DNA of 63,259 bases, the filler included, from Rhabdomonas costata (Eukaryota): NCBI GenBank assembly GCA_019059605.1. It is 33 parts of 33 records of this genome, joined end to end, with 100 filler letters (N's around TTAATTAATTAA, not from the genome) between each part and the next. Parts side by side here need not be neighbours in the genome. Positions count along the whole stretch, not along the records: positions 36,494 to 38,312 come from JAHMHO010008602.1; positions 38,413 to 40,232 come from JAHMHO010008603.1; positions 40,333 to 42,151 come from JAHMHO010008604.1; positions 42,252 to 44,070 come from JAHMHO010008605.1; positions 44,171 to 45,989 come from JAHMHO010008606.1; positions 46,090 to 47,908 come from JAHMHO010008607.1; 27 more parts are not named here. The stretch is one strand, 5' to 3'. The translations under genes were made by a program, and so were the position numbers. Below, in pieces: positions 36,537-48,008 of the stretch; position 1 is the first letter of the stretch; every line of letters starts with the position of its first letter. Under the pieces are notes generated by a model. It did no database searches. It was not told the origin of the DNA and worked only from the letters and a program-made list of their open reading frames with translations.

Positions 36537-38305
36537 ACTGGAACCTCTTCGGGCCCGTCTTCGGGAACGTGCACTTCGGGCTGGGCGTGGTACAGCTCGT
36601 CCTGCCCCTCAGGTGCGATGGTTTTTGCGAACGTTATTTTTGCGTTTTTGGCGGTGTGCTACTGTGTATCCGAGTTGCGATGGTTGCGCGGATGCTTTGT
36701 AATTCCATAGAGCGAAAGACATATTCCGAGGACGGCGTTGTCTGTCCCGACATGCACACGCAGCTAACCAGCCCATTCCTCAGCGCATTCCTCAGGGTGT
36801 TCTTTCTTGACTATGTGTTCTTTTTTATCGATCACTACAATGTCGCTTTTCCTGCTCGTGTTAGCAGTTAGAAACTCTGCTTTCTTGTGCTTGACATTTT
36901 TTTAAGCGAAGGGGGCTTCGAAGGTTTTTCTGGTCGACATATCCATCTCAACCTGTCGATGTACACCTAACATATACACACAGGAAACCCAACGTGCGGC
37001 AGCAGCAGCTACGCCTGCCCCAGCGGGTACTCCAGCAAGGCCTCCTCCACCGTCTGCGCCTCTACGACGTGCGTGCAGTCGGACTGCTGCACGGGTGTGC
37101 GGCATTCGCCTCGCTTTTTTGTTTGTGTCTGTGGGTTGCAATTCCCTCACCGTCACGCCCCGTGCAAGGCATTTGTTTGACGACTGTTTTTATGTTTGGG
37201 GGAGGGGATACCCTTGTCGTCTGGGGCGAAGACGGCAAGGGTATTGATTGCGTGATTGATTGTCGCCGATTGCGCGAAGACGCTGTTTGCTTGGCCATGA
37301 TGCAGGACAATGAGTCAACGCCCTGACAACAACTGATCCATAAGGGTTTCCCCTTGTCTATACACATCCAATGCCGAGGCAGCGCAGAGAAGGACCGCTC
37401 GTTGTGGACTTTTTTAAGTGTGGAGATGCTGACGGAAGATCTTCCCGCTCCCTGGCACTTCTTGAGTTTTTGCAGCATCAGGCCTGGACGACCTAAAATC
37501 CTGTTGTTCTCCGGCTGTTCTTGAACCCAAGATTTTCCCGATGAGCAACAACCTTACTGTGAAGGATGATGTTGCGGTGCACTCATGAGCAACAACATCC
37601 CTCGCTTGCGACACGTACGGTTTGCACGGTTGATAATTGGTGGGGTAACTTCGAGGACATCACAGCTTTCCTCAGGCAGCGGATCATCAAATGCGAAGTA
37701 CAGCGACAAGGTCGTCAAGGGAAACAGCTGTGGCGACATTTGGGCTCCCCTCGTCTCCCTGCGTGGTGGGTGAACCTGGGAATCCTGCCTCACTGACGAC
37801 TCCAGGCCTGGGCACAACCGGTTTCACGCACAGCCCCGGTACCCGCCATCGGTTCAGCCCTTTGCTCAACTGGCCATGTCGGTAGAATGGACAAGATCTT
37901 TTACCAGACTGGTGCCGTGAACCTGTCAAAGGAATCCCACTGCTGCACCGCTGGACCGAAACGCCTGTACTTCGTGAGTTGTCAGTGTACCCATCGACAG
38001 CAGCTCTCCCTGCACGAAAGCTGATGCCGGAGGTCTGGAAGTGCGCTTGACAGCGGAAGGGGTGCATTTTCCCTTCTCCAACAACGCGGTCCAGAGATTC
38101 AGAGGGCGTCTGTGAAGTCAACCCGACTTTCCTCCTTGCCTCCTTAGCACACTGTTTTCATTTTCCCTTCCCTTTAGCTGCCTTTTCTTCCATCAAAGCT
38201 AACCCGACCTGCGGAGCCTACTCCTGCCCCTCGGGCTACACCTCCAAGGGCTCCAGCGTGGTGTGCGCCTCGGCGACCTGCAGCCAGTCGGACTGCTGCA
38301 CTTCC
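36537..38305 (+). CDS. Ser/Thr/Cys-rich repeat surface or secreted protein (exons ~36537-36613, 36984-37094, 38199->38305)
   Basis: Phase-1 exons encode GNPTCGSSSYACPSGYSSKASSTVCASTTCVQSDCCT and ANPTCGAYSCPSGYTSKGSSVVCASATCSQSDCCT. Confidence 0.8.
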
Positions 38306-39156
38306 ACCACACNNNNNNNNNNNNNNNNNNNNNNNNNNNNNNNNNNNNNNNNNNNNTTAATTAATTAANNNNNNNNNNNNNNNNNNNNNNNNNNNNNNNN
38401 NNNNNNNNNNNNTGTTTTGTTTCGATCTTCGTGTTGCCTTTGGGTTGGAGCCTTCATTTGCTGCTATCAAAAGCGGCAAGTGCGGGAATGTGGTATTGTG
38501 CAAGTGTTTCGAAGTTTCCACTTTTGCCGTATACTTCTGTGTTGTTTTTGGTGAGCTCGTCCCCCTGACGATCAAAACGGCCTGTGTGACCGGCAGAAAC
38601 TGCTATGCAAGAGCTGTCGGACTAAAACGTAGTTATCTTTTTGGGGGGAGAATTTTCCATTTCCCTCCCGTTCTCTTTGGTTTCTTCAGTTTGTCCTACC
38701 TTTGTTCTCTGGGCTGACTGGAGAGCGCAGAGGAAGGGGTGAGGCTGATGCCTTTTGAGGGTTGTTGGGAACCACTACTGTACGTACTTTCAAGATGCAG
38801 TGGCAGTGTGCGCCGGTGATGGCGATGAATCACATCCGCAGAGTTTGCTGTGGTTTCTTCGCGGCTTATTTATGTGCATGTGTGGGCTTGGGCACTTTAT
38901 CCGCCAAATAGGTGTCGAGGTGGGTATGTCTCGAGATATAAGGGGAGGAGAGAGAGTAGGGAGGAGCGGATTTCTTGGAAGTCTCGCGGGGGGTCACGTG
39001 TCCCCTATGTGAGGTTCCTGGTCTCGCAGGTGGCGTTGCATTCTACCTTGGGAGATTTCCAGGATGTCTTGAGAAGCGCATCTAAACGGCCCAAGATCCT
39101 AGCATTTTCTGAGATACAGCGGGAGGGGGGTCACTTTTGGGCATGGGAGAGTTTTT

Positions 39157-39217
39157 GTTCTGTTCTGTTCGTTCTGTTCTGTTCTGTTCTGTTCTGTCCT
39201 GTTCTGTTCTGTTCTGT
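39157..39217 (+). repeat. (GTTCT)n pentamer microsatellite
   Basis: Visible, slightly imperfect. Confidence 0.93.
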
Positions 39218-40948
39218 TTTGTTTGTTGGTGTCGTCATTGAGAAGAAAAGAGGAGTGGTTTCCTCCAATTCGTTGAGCAAGGACGCGTTGTGTCTCCTGG
39301 TCCTCGATGTCAGTGTCAGGCGTGCTTGCGGTTGCTGTGTACTGTCCCTTGGCCACTCACCTCCGAGACCACCCGAGCGCCCAGATCCCGTACAACTCCG
39401 CGGCTTCCTCCACTATAAGGGCATCACCCCGCAGCCGGGCACCGCCACCCGCATGTCGTGTGATGCTGACGCTTCTTGTGCGAGGACTGTGAAGTATCGT
39501 TTGGTCAGGGGCCAGGGGTTTCAAAGACCCCCTCGGACACGGTCGGCGAGCTCGCTCACAACCTATCCAACCAACCAGCAACCCCCTTGCAAGGGTGGCC
39601 CACAAGGGCGGCACATTATCTGGAAGAACAACGACGCCTGGAGCCAGAATTCCGAGAAGATTCTACCTCCCATCCGTCATCCCCCACACGACACACTCCC
39701 GATCGTCAGCGTCCGCGGTGACTCGGACGCGCAGTGCACCCCACAGCTCAAGCCCGCAGAGACCCAGCAATCGTCCTGACCCACCCTGCTTTTGTCCGGG
39801 ATGTTTCCTTTTCCCACCTTGGTGAAGAAAAGAGCAACAAAGCATGGCTTGCGTTTTTTGCGGCTTTTGTGCTATATAAGGGAGTGACAATCTCGTTGTC
39901 ATGGGCACACCTTTCCATTCAGAAAAACCTGTTGGTGGCGTTCGAAGAGTTTGGGTTCGTCGCAAATAAGAGGCTTCGTTTGGGTGTCTTTCACCTAATG
40001 GGGTTGCGCACAGTAGTAAGTAAGTAAGTAATTGTTCCCTTCAGTTCGTTTCGAGTTGCAGCCTCTGTCGTTTCTCTTCCGCTCTCTCGTGCTTCATTCT
40101 CGGGCTTGTGATCATGGCTTGCAATTTATGCTGTGGGAAAGCCTGTAAGGTGGGGCTTCGCCAACTGCTCTCGCTGAGGGTGCTTCTGGCCCTCTCTTTC
40201 ATCGTGCTGATGGTCATCTCGGGGTTCATCGGNNNNNNNNNNNNNNNNNNNNNNNNNNNNNNNNNNNNNNNNNNNNTTAATTAATTAANNNNNNNNNNNN
40301 NNNNNNNNNNNNNNNNNNNNNNNNNNNNNNNNTGAAGCCTCGGGCGCCCCGTGAAGGAGGTGGTGGGGTTAGCAGTTATGTATGCATCTCGGGGGAGACT
40401 AGTGCATCGCTTTCTAACCCTTTGGGACACAGATAGCGATACACGAGCCACGGAGCCACGTCCGTCTGGGCACGTCCGTATACGTATATTATACGTATAT
40501 ATTAGCGTTGATGTGGACTCCCCAGGACTCACCCACCTTACCACACTAGCAAAACCGATGAAAGAACTTGAACTCCTTTTGGCCCCCTTTACTCCCTCCT
40601 TTCACCTTCTGCCACATGATTCGCGTGCAACCGTCCTGTATGTATGCTGCACTTTTCCTTTCCGTTCACCCTTCAACTCCAATGCAATGCCTCCGACCCC
40701 CAACCAGTTCACGCACGACTCGTTGCGCACCAACCTTCTCCTTTCTTTTCTGTTTCCGCCACCGCAACAGTGCTGCCCAGTATTGCAGCGCTGTGATTCT
40801 GCTCTGAAACATTCACAGTTAATCAGAAGGGCCCACGCTCTGCCGAATTTTGGAGGCTGAGCCCATTCGGTAGCTTCCAAAACGTTAAAAAAACGCAATC
40901 GAACCGCAAGAAAATACCTCCAACTCATAAAACAAAAAAGCAGCTCAC

Positions 40949-42151
40949 CTCAGCCTGCGGTGGGTTCCCCAGTAGTTGATGTACACGACGGTGCCAAATC
41001 GGAACGAGTTTGGAGAGCAAGGCTCGATGGGAGACACTGTTCCAGAGGCAGCTTTCGAAAGAGGGCGGCCAGAAACAGATGCCACAGAGCTGGTCTCTGT
41101 GGTGCACTCCTCGAGGGCATATGCTACAGCCGAGGAAGACGGTGGCACAGGCAACCGGGGCCGGTGGCGACGGGTGGGAGACAAAACAGGGAAGCGTCCG
41201 AATCCAGGCTCCAGATTCCGCTGGAGCGAAAGGCAATGGGGCAGGAAGGGTTTGTACCGAGCGAGGCAGCCCACCATCACCGCGAACGAGTGCTGCACGG
41301 AGCTGATCTCGAGGAACGCCGAGGAACTACGAACGGCATGAATTCCTTCGACATCCATGAAGGCCACCAAGCTCATCTCGTGGGAAACCCGGGTCACCAC
41401 ATGGACAACCTTTACGGCCATCCCCGTGCTTACCACTAAAGAGCCACACATCACCACAACAAGCACAGCGATGATGACACTCCTGGACGTGTTCACCGAT
41501 TCTGCTGCTTCGTGTGTCTGCTGAGCAAGGGCATCGGTCTCCAAAGCGAGCTTCCCCAACACACCACCAGACACCGCCATTTGCGAGAGAGCCTGGTCAC
41601 CCTGCGTCATCGCTTCGGCAACATCATCTGCGGAGGAGCTGACCTGCTCCACAAAATCTCGAAGGGCGCTTAGCTGCCACGTAAGAAGCTGCAACCCTTC
41701 CCGAATGAAGACGTAGGTGCTGAGCAGAAAAACCGTCCCATTGACCGAGAACTTTGAGTAGGCCGTGGGGACATCGCGAAGGCTTCCATATGTAACCTCC
41801 AGAAAGGCCACGCTGGCTTGAACCACGGGGTGCGGAAATAAACCAACGGGATATCCCGGAATCAGGCCCCCAGCTGAGGAGTCGTTGTAGAACAATGGTA
41901 CCCCAGCACACGTGTGGGCGATCACCGCCGCATCACCATTCCCGGAAAGGTCCACAAGAACCGCGACCGATTTCTGGGAGACAAGGCTGCGGTGCAGCAG
42001 CTCGCTCAGGAAGCCCATCTCCAAATCCGCACCGGGGATGAAAACAATCTCACTAGCCCGCAATCCAGCTCTTATCCGCGAAAACAGGAGTCGAGGGGGC
42101 CGAGCAAGCCCGTCCACATCATCGGCGTAAATATACCGAACCCCCAAAACA
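40949..42151 (-). CDS. Receptor-type adenylate-cyclase-like protein: extracellular region, TM helix, HAMP-like linker (1.2-kb exon)
   Basis: 400 open codons with TM IIAVLVVVMCGSLVV and then VSHEMSLVAFMDVE...SAFLEISSVQHSFAVMVGCLARYKPFLP, the linker seen before protist class III cyclase domains. Ends at donor gag|gtgagc. Confidence 0.7.
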
Positions 42152-42259
42152 NNNNNNNNNNNNNNNNNNNNNNNNNNNNNNNNNNNNNNNNNNNNTTAAT
42201 TAATTAANNNNNNNNNNNNNNNNNNNNNNNNNNNNNNNNNNNNNNNNNNNNGGTGTGGG

Positions 42260-42566
42260 GGAAAGGGATACACAGCCCCCAGGCAGTCCGCAGGACCGTA
42301 GGACACAAATTAGTAACAGCAAAAACAGAAATGAAAAAGAGACGGTTTGGGCCACAAGAACATTTTTCTCTCATGCAGTTGTCGTCCAGCTGTGACAGTC
42401 TCTTTTTTGGTTTGACTTAACGATAGTTGTATTTTTAAGATGCTTGCAGAAGAAGTAGGTGTAGGAAAGGGATACACAGCCCCCAGGCAGTCCGCAGGAC
42501 CGTAGGACACAAATTAGTAACAGCAAAAACAGAAATGAAAAAGAGACGGTTTGGGCCACAAGAACA
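42260..42566 (+). repeat. Exact 103-bp direct repeat, period 204 bp
   Basis: 42260-42362 equals 42464-42566; the first copy is at the contig end. Confidence 0.93.
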
Positions 42567-43579
42567 AGCAATTGCAAGAATGCTGGGACATCGACAGACA
42601 ATGTTCTGGGACCTCTAAACAGGCCTGGGTATCGGGCGGGCGGTCAAAGACTTCCTCCTCCCCCCCTCCCGCTCAAAAACCGAACAGAATGAAGGAGCCT
42701 ACGCTGCACGCTACGCTCTGGATGGGCAAGCTACGGACCCGCAGAGGAGCTCTGGGATTGCTGAATCACCACCGGCACAGAGGTATTGTGGTTGAGCCAC
42801 GGGCACCCCGAGGTGAGGTCCATCGACGAGAAAGAGACCGGGGTTACTGTGGTGGTAGTGATGCTATCGGTCATGTTGTTGATGATCAGCTGCAGCAGGG
42901 CCACAAACAGGACCTGTGGTTGTGAGAAGATTGGAGTTGGGTGTACAATCATGGTCAACGTCAAATGAAGATGCACGATCTGCCATGTAAAACAGCGGCA
43001 CAAGAGCGAAGTGAACGGCTAGTCAAAGGAGAGCATTGTCGATCTCTTAGCGAAAAAATCTATCTATATTTTCTTTGACATCCAAGCGTCCTCAATATAA
43101 TCAATACTCTGACTTGCCCATGGACGACGGGAGGGGAGCACGGGAAACAGAGAATGACAGCCCTCCAGAAAGCACAATCGACACGTATGGACCCCCCCCA
43201 ACCGCACGTGCATGTCCAACAAATGAAAGCGCCTGGGATCTTGGGCCACCGAGCGCCGCGGAGCGCCCAAGACATCCTGGAAAGAGTCCCAGGGGACACG
43301 CGCATCGCCTCCTTACCCGCACACTCTGGAAGGGGCGCATAAAAGCACCAGTTCACAGGCCAAACAGGGTGGACCCGGAGGGGGGGTGGGTGGCATAAAT
43401 GCACTAGTGCAGCACACTCTATCATTGTCTACCACAACTAGAAATTACATCATTCACATTAATGTGAGCGCTACGACAACGGTCCGGGGAAAACAAAAAC
43501 TCACCACATCCCAGGTAGCAGCAATTCAACCATGAAAAATTTCTTTCCGTCCTTTTCCGTTTTCGTGTAACCGGATACA

Positions 43580-43860
43580 ATGACATCCCCTGGGGATGAT
43601 GTACCCTCGTTCTCCGAGCTTTGTGACCGGATGCGTGACCCGAACCTCAACGACTACGAAAGGCTGGGCGTTGCCATGGGTGCGGATTCGCAGGCGGTGA
43701 GGCAGGCTTTTCTCAGGCTTGCCCTGGTACTGCACCCTGACAAGCACTGCGATGATGGCCTGCTGGAGGCGGCAACCGAGGCCTTTCCGAAGCTCCAGAA
43801 AGCCTACGAGGTGCTGGGAAATGAGCGCAGCCGGCAGTGCTACGACAGCAGGCTGTGTCG
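43580..43860 (+). CDS. DnaJ (J-domain) protein, N-terminal part
   Basis: DYERLGV...VRQAFLRLALVLHPDKH...AFPKLQKAYEVLGNERSRQCYD with the HPD motif. The 3' boundary is uncertain (ORF open to 43945). Confidence 0.92.
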
Positions 43861-46540
43861 CTCACGCACGACTCGGTTTGGACCTTGTCCCCTCCCGTGG
43901 CTTTCTCAAGCTAGAAACTTCAGGAAACAGGAAACACAGGAGTAACTGGGGAAGGAAAAGCCCTCAAGCCCATAACGCTGTTGGAGACACATGGACTTGT
44001 TGCTGCGAATCCCAACAAGAGCAGGAATGTCGATTCCCGTTCTTGCATCCATTCTCTGTTCCCAAACCCCNNNNNNNNNNNNNNNNNNNNNNNNNNNNNN
44101 NNNNNNNNNNNNNNTTAATTAATTAANNNNNNNNNNNNNNNNNNNNNNNNNNNNNNNNNNNNNNNNNNNNTTAAACCGATTTTTTCAGGGTGCACGCAGT
44201 GTTTCCAACACATTCAACAGGAGGGACTATACTATACGCTAGAAATGTGCACAACTGTTTTGCATGAAACAAAACATCACTCACAATTACCAACAAGGTG
44301 AGCGGAGAGGCCAAAAACCTGGAAAAACAATTTCCTTTCCATGTCCACCCCCGAGGTCACGCCTGCTAGAAAGGAGACAAAAGGTCGCTTTCCACTGCAA
44401 CATCTTTTGCGTCCAATTTTTATTTGGTTTTCGGGAGCCCCGGATTTCAGGTTTCGTTTTTTTTTTTGCGAACGCGAAGAATTAGCCAACCCTGCGCAGT
44501 GGCGTCGTTGTCGCACTGGAGTGCGGGTTTCATTTTCGGAACACTCAATTCGGATCAACCATCTCCTCCCACCAGCCCAGAGAACGAAAGACCCTCACAC
44601 CCTTCCACTGCTGAAATTCCTGCGCACAAAGAACTTGTGCATCTAATACACCCAAAAACCCAAAAGCACCAAACAATTTTGAAGGCAGGTGCGGGATCCT
44701 TTTCAAATGGAAAATCCGGCAGGCGGAACGCCTCCAGTTGCATCCCATTGACGACTGGAAACTAGTTTCGTTCGAAAATGCGTTTGATTAAACTTCAGTG
44801 GGTTTCACTTTCGGAAAAATTAAAACGCAAGGTGGACGCCACTGATGTCCAAAACGTGATGTGCAAAAGCGGTGGATGGGTGTTGCCGTGCAAGGCTGAG
44901 CGCTTTTAACCGGAGGATTTGGGGTAGTAATTGGTCTTCGGTGTTTTCTTAGATAACCGTTTGTGTGGGGAGGTGAGGGACCGGTGTTGCTTAAATTCCT
45001 AACTTCCATGAATTTCACACCTTTCATGAAATGTTTGAAAGCAGATCCATCAATCCGAAATTAACCCTGAAGCCAAACTTTTACGTATACAGTGAAAAAA
45101 TTCCGCAATCCACCCCGTGGTCCGAAGTTAATCCTAATCCAAAATTTATACAGCACGATTAAACCCTCAGTTGCTCATTTGAACAAAAGTTCAGCACCAC
45201 TGTAGTTCAAAAACGGATCAGGTATAAGCTTCTCCATACCTCAGCATGGACAAGTGGTCGTCAGGCACAACTTACCTGTTTTCGCTGAAAAAGTTGGACG
45301 CTTTCGGAGATCCCGATGTCTTCGATCTATGTAAGCGGCGTTTTCCCCTTTTTCTTTCAAACATTTTAGAATTTTTTTTGGCCATTTCGTGCCTTTTCGC
45401 AGAGGGACATTTGGGGATTCCTGTTGGAAGAACAGCGTCACTACAGATATTGCTTTCCTCGTTCACCGGAGCATGAGTTTGCAGCGGCCACTGTACCCTT
45501 AGTCTAGGGCGGGGCACGGTGAAGATACGAACCTCGTTAAAGGTAGACACGAGTTTACGATGTTGCTCGTATACACACTACACATTCGAAACTGTAGATT
45601 CTTGCGAAAAACGTCCTGTTTTGCGCTACCTTCCAGGACAAACACAGCCGTGCTGAACATCGGGTTGTTGTCGTGTTTGAAAAAGTATAATTTTGTGCCT
45701 TTTTCGGTGTGCCCCTAAGTTGGCCTTTGTTTCCCTGCTGTGGGACGGCGTACAACTGACACGAACACCCACAGTAGGTAGAAACGAAAGTGTGGTGTCG
45801 GTGATCAGGTCAGGTCCGTGTTGGTGCCATTTTGCGTTGCCCGAAGAGCTTTACCTGCGTTGGTCTTACGCCAATCGCGGAACAGAGAGGAGAGGGTTTA
45901 ATATTTTCGCACTCTGATGGGGTTTGACCCCCTTCTTAAGGGCAGGGGGAAAATTTGAACCTTCTCCGATTTCTCCTATTTGAGTCCTTNNNNNNNNNNN
46001 NNNNNNNNNNNNNNNNNNNNNNNNNNNNNNNNNTTAATTAATTAANNNNNNNNNNNNNNNNNNNNNNNNNNNNNNNNNNNNNNNNNNNNGTGGGTTTGGT
46101 GATAAATAGCTTCCAGAAGGTGATGAGGTTGTAGCGGTAGAACAGAACAAGTATCATCGTTGTTCAGAGCCAGATTTGGAGGAAGTAAGTGCGGAAGGGC
46201 CAGAAGCAGGATGGCGTGACGATGCCAAAGAAAAATTGTGGAAAGGAGAGTACGGACAGAGACCGTACGTGGAGCCGCAAGCGGTGGAAGTTTTCTCCAA
46301 AGCCAGAGCTTGGGGAAAACGCATGGCGGAGCGTTTTAGAGAGCTGCAAGATAGGATGTTCGTACAGTTGGTGAACAAGGGCCCCCCAGGGGTCGCTTGA
46401 CACGCTGCGAGTCCATTTTGAGGATTCTCCACAAAATGAGACGGATGAGGAGAACTACCAAGAGGATATGTACGGAGAGGTAATGTTGCGTCCCAATGCT
46501 GCAAAATGCTATACGTCCAGATTTTGGGCCGGAAGAGGAA

Positions 46541-47437
46541 GTGAAGTTAGAACATACGATTTTCATAGCAATGTGCTACAATTTGTTAGTGACTCCTTGT
46601 ATCGATTTGTTTGCGTCGGCAGAGCACCATCAGCTGCCGCGATATTTTACAGTTGAAGAGAGGGATGGAGAGGCTATGAGATGCAATGCGTTTGCCTACA
46701 GATGAAACCCAGATGTGTGTCTGTACTCCAACCATCCATGGAGCCTCATTCCACATGTTTTGGCAAAGGTCTGGTGACACCAGAGTGGGTTGAAGACCCC
46801 TGGTTATTTTTGCTGAAAGAGCTGACGATCAGATGCCAGAGGTGGAGTGGGAGATTGTATTTAGGATCCACAGGAAATCTTCGACCAAGGCCTCGGTGGG
46901 CCGCGATGTTTTCCTGCGTGGTTGGAAAAGAGATTGACGGAGTGTAGAGTGTAGTCATTGGGTTATCCACATAGGAGGTTAGATTGGGTTATCCACAAGT
47001 GGGTAAGTGGAGTGGAGTGTGTTATCAGAATGGCAGGAGACGAGTTTGTGTGTTTGTACATTTGTTTTCCATTTCAGGAGCAAGGAACAACTCGCTTAAG
47101 AAAGAAGAGGAGGGTAAGAAGTTCCTCCACTCGAGCTACTTCCACATCGAGACGCCGGTACTGCGCACGTGGTGTGCCAAATCCACAGCTGATAGAGAGC
47201 CAACCCTCCTGAGGAGCGGTGAGAGAGAGAGTGCGCGGGTGTGTGGGTGATTTGTGAGGCTCCACAGCGCTGGTGGTTTGAGAGGTGAGAATCCACAGCG
47301 TGCGTGGGTTGTGTGGAGAGCTCTGACTAAGCTTTCGAGTTTCGCTTTGAGAGGATTGAATGAGTGCTGAAGTACTTCCCAGTGTTTTACAGTCCAGAGT
47401 TGAGAATGTTGCAACCATCTGCTAGAAAGAGTTACAG
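46541..47437 (+). mobile_element. Decayed repeat element, copy 1, with a DIRS-type N6-adenine methyltransferase remnant
   Basis: PCIDLFASAEHHQLPRYFT...CNAFAYR*NPDVCLYSNHPWSLIPHVLAKV...VTPEWVEDPW; homologous to the reverse complement of 60402-61333. Confidence 0.8.
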
Positions 47438-48008
47438 TGGTTATGGTATGCCAGCTGTAGAGTTCTAGAGTTGTATGTTTTAATCCCCGATTAGAGCCAT
47501 AATGGTGTGTGATGTGTGAGCGTGAGTTGTGTTTCCAGAGCGTATGTGGTGTTATACCACAGAGTTGCGTTCAATCCAGATGTGTGAGGTTTGTGGTGTG
47601 TGGGGAGCCTTTCCACAGACTGTTGTGCTGATGCGCCAGCTTGTGAGTCCTTCTCATCCACAATTGGTGCAGATTCATGTCATTCTTCACGAAGACGAGT
47701 GTTATGCATACACATGCCATATACACGGGTGTATAGAGGAATCCAAATCTACAGAAAAAAAGGTGCTTCTACAGTTCTACAGGTGGACCGTTCGTGTTAT
47801 CGACCGTCGTACGTCTGCTGGATACGTCCTCCGTCCTAGCAGGAGAGTGTAACGGTCCAGATCACCCAGGTGTTCCACATCCATAGGCAGAGGAGAAAAC
47901 CCACAACCNNNNNNNNNNNNNNNNNNNNNNNNNNNNNNNNNNNNNNNNNNNNTTAATTAATTAANNNNNNNNNNNNNNNNNNNNNNNNNNNNNNNNNNNN
48001 NNNNNNNN

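Noticed and set aside
38850-39779. 309-aa ORF
   Set aside because: It runs through a (GTTCT)n microsatellite and has no coherent motif or codon bias. A real exon inside cannot be excluded.
42260-42566. 103-bp direct repeat as LTRs or a CRISPR unit
   Set aside because: Only two copies at a contig end, with no TG..CA ends or internal coding. A tandem repeat unit or assembly effect is simpler.
44171-45989. Fragments recalling pogo (RPPCVLIF) or Ulp1 (DCGIF) motifs
   Set aside because: Too short and not collinear in any sustained frame.
46963-46997. Two perfect DnaA boxes (TTATCCACA) suggesting a bacterial origin
   Set aside because: They lie inside a eukaryotic repeat element, one is degenerate in the second copy, and there is no bacterial gene context.
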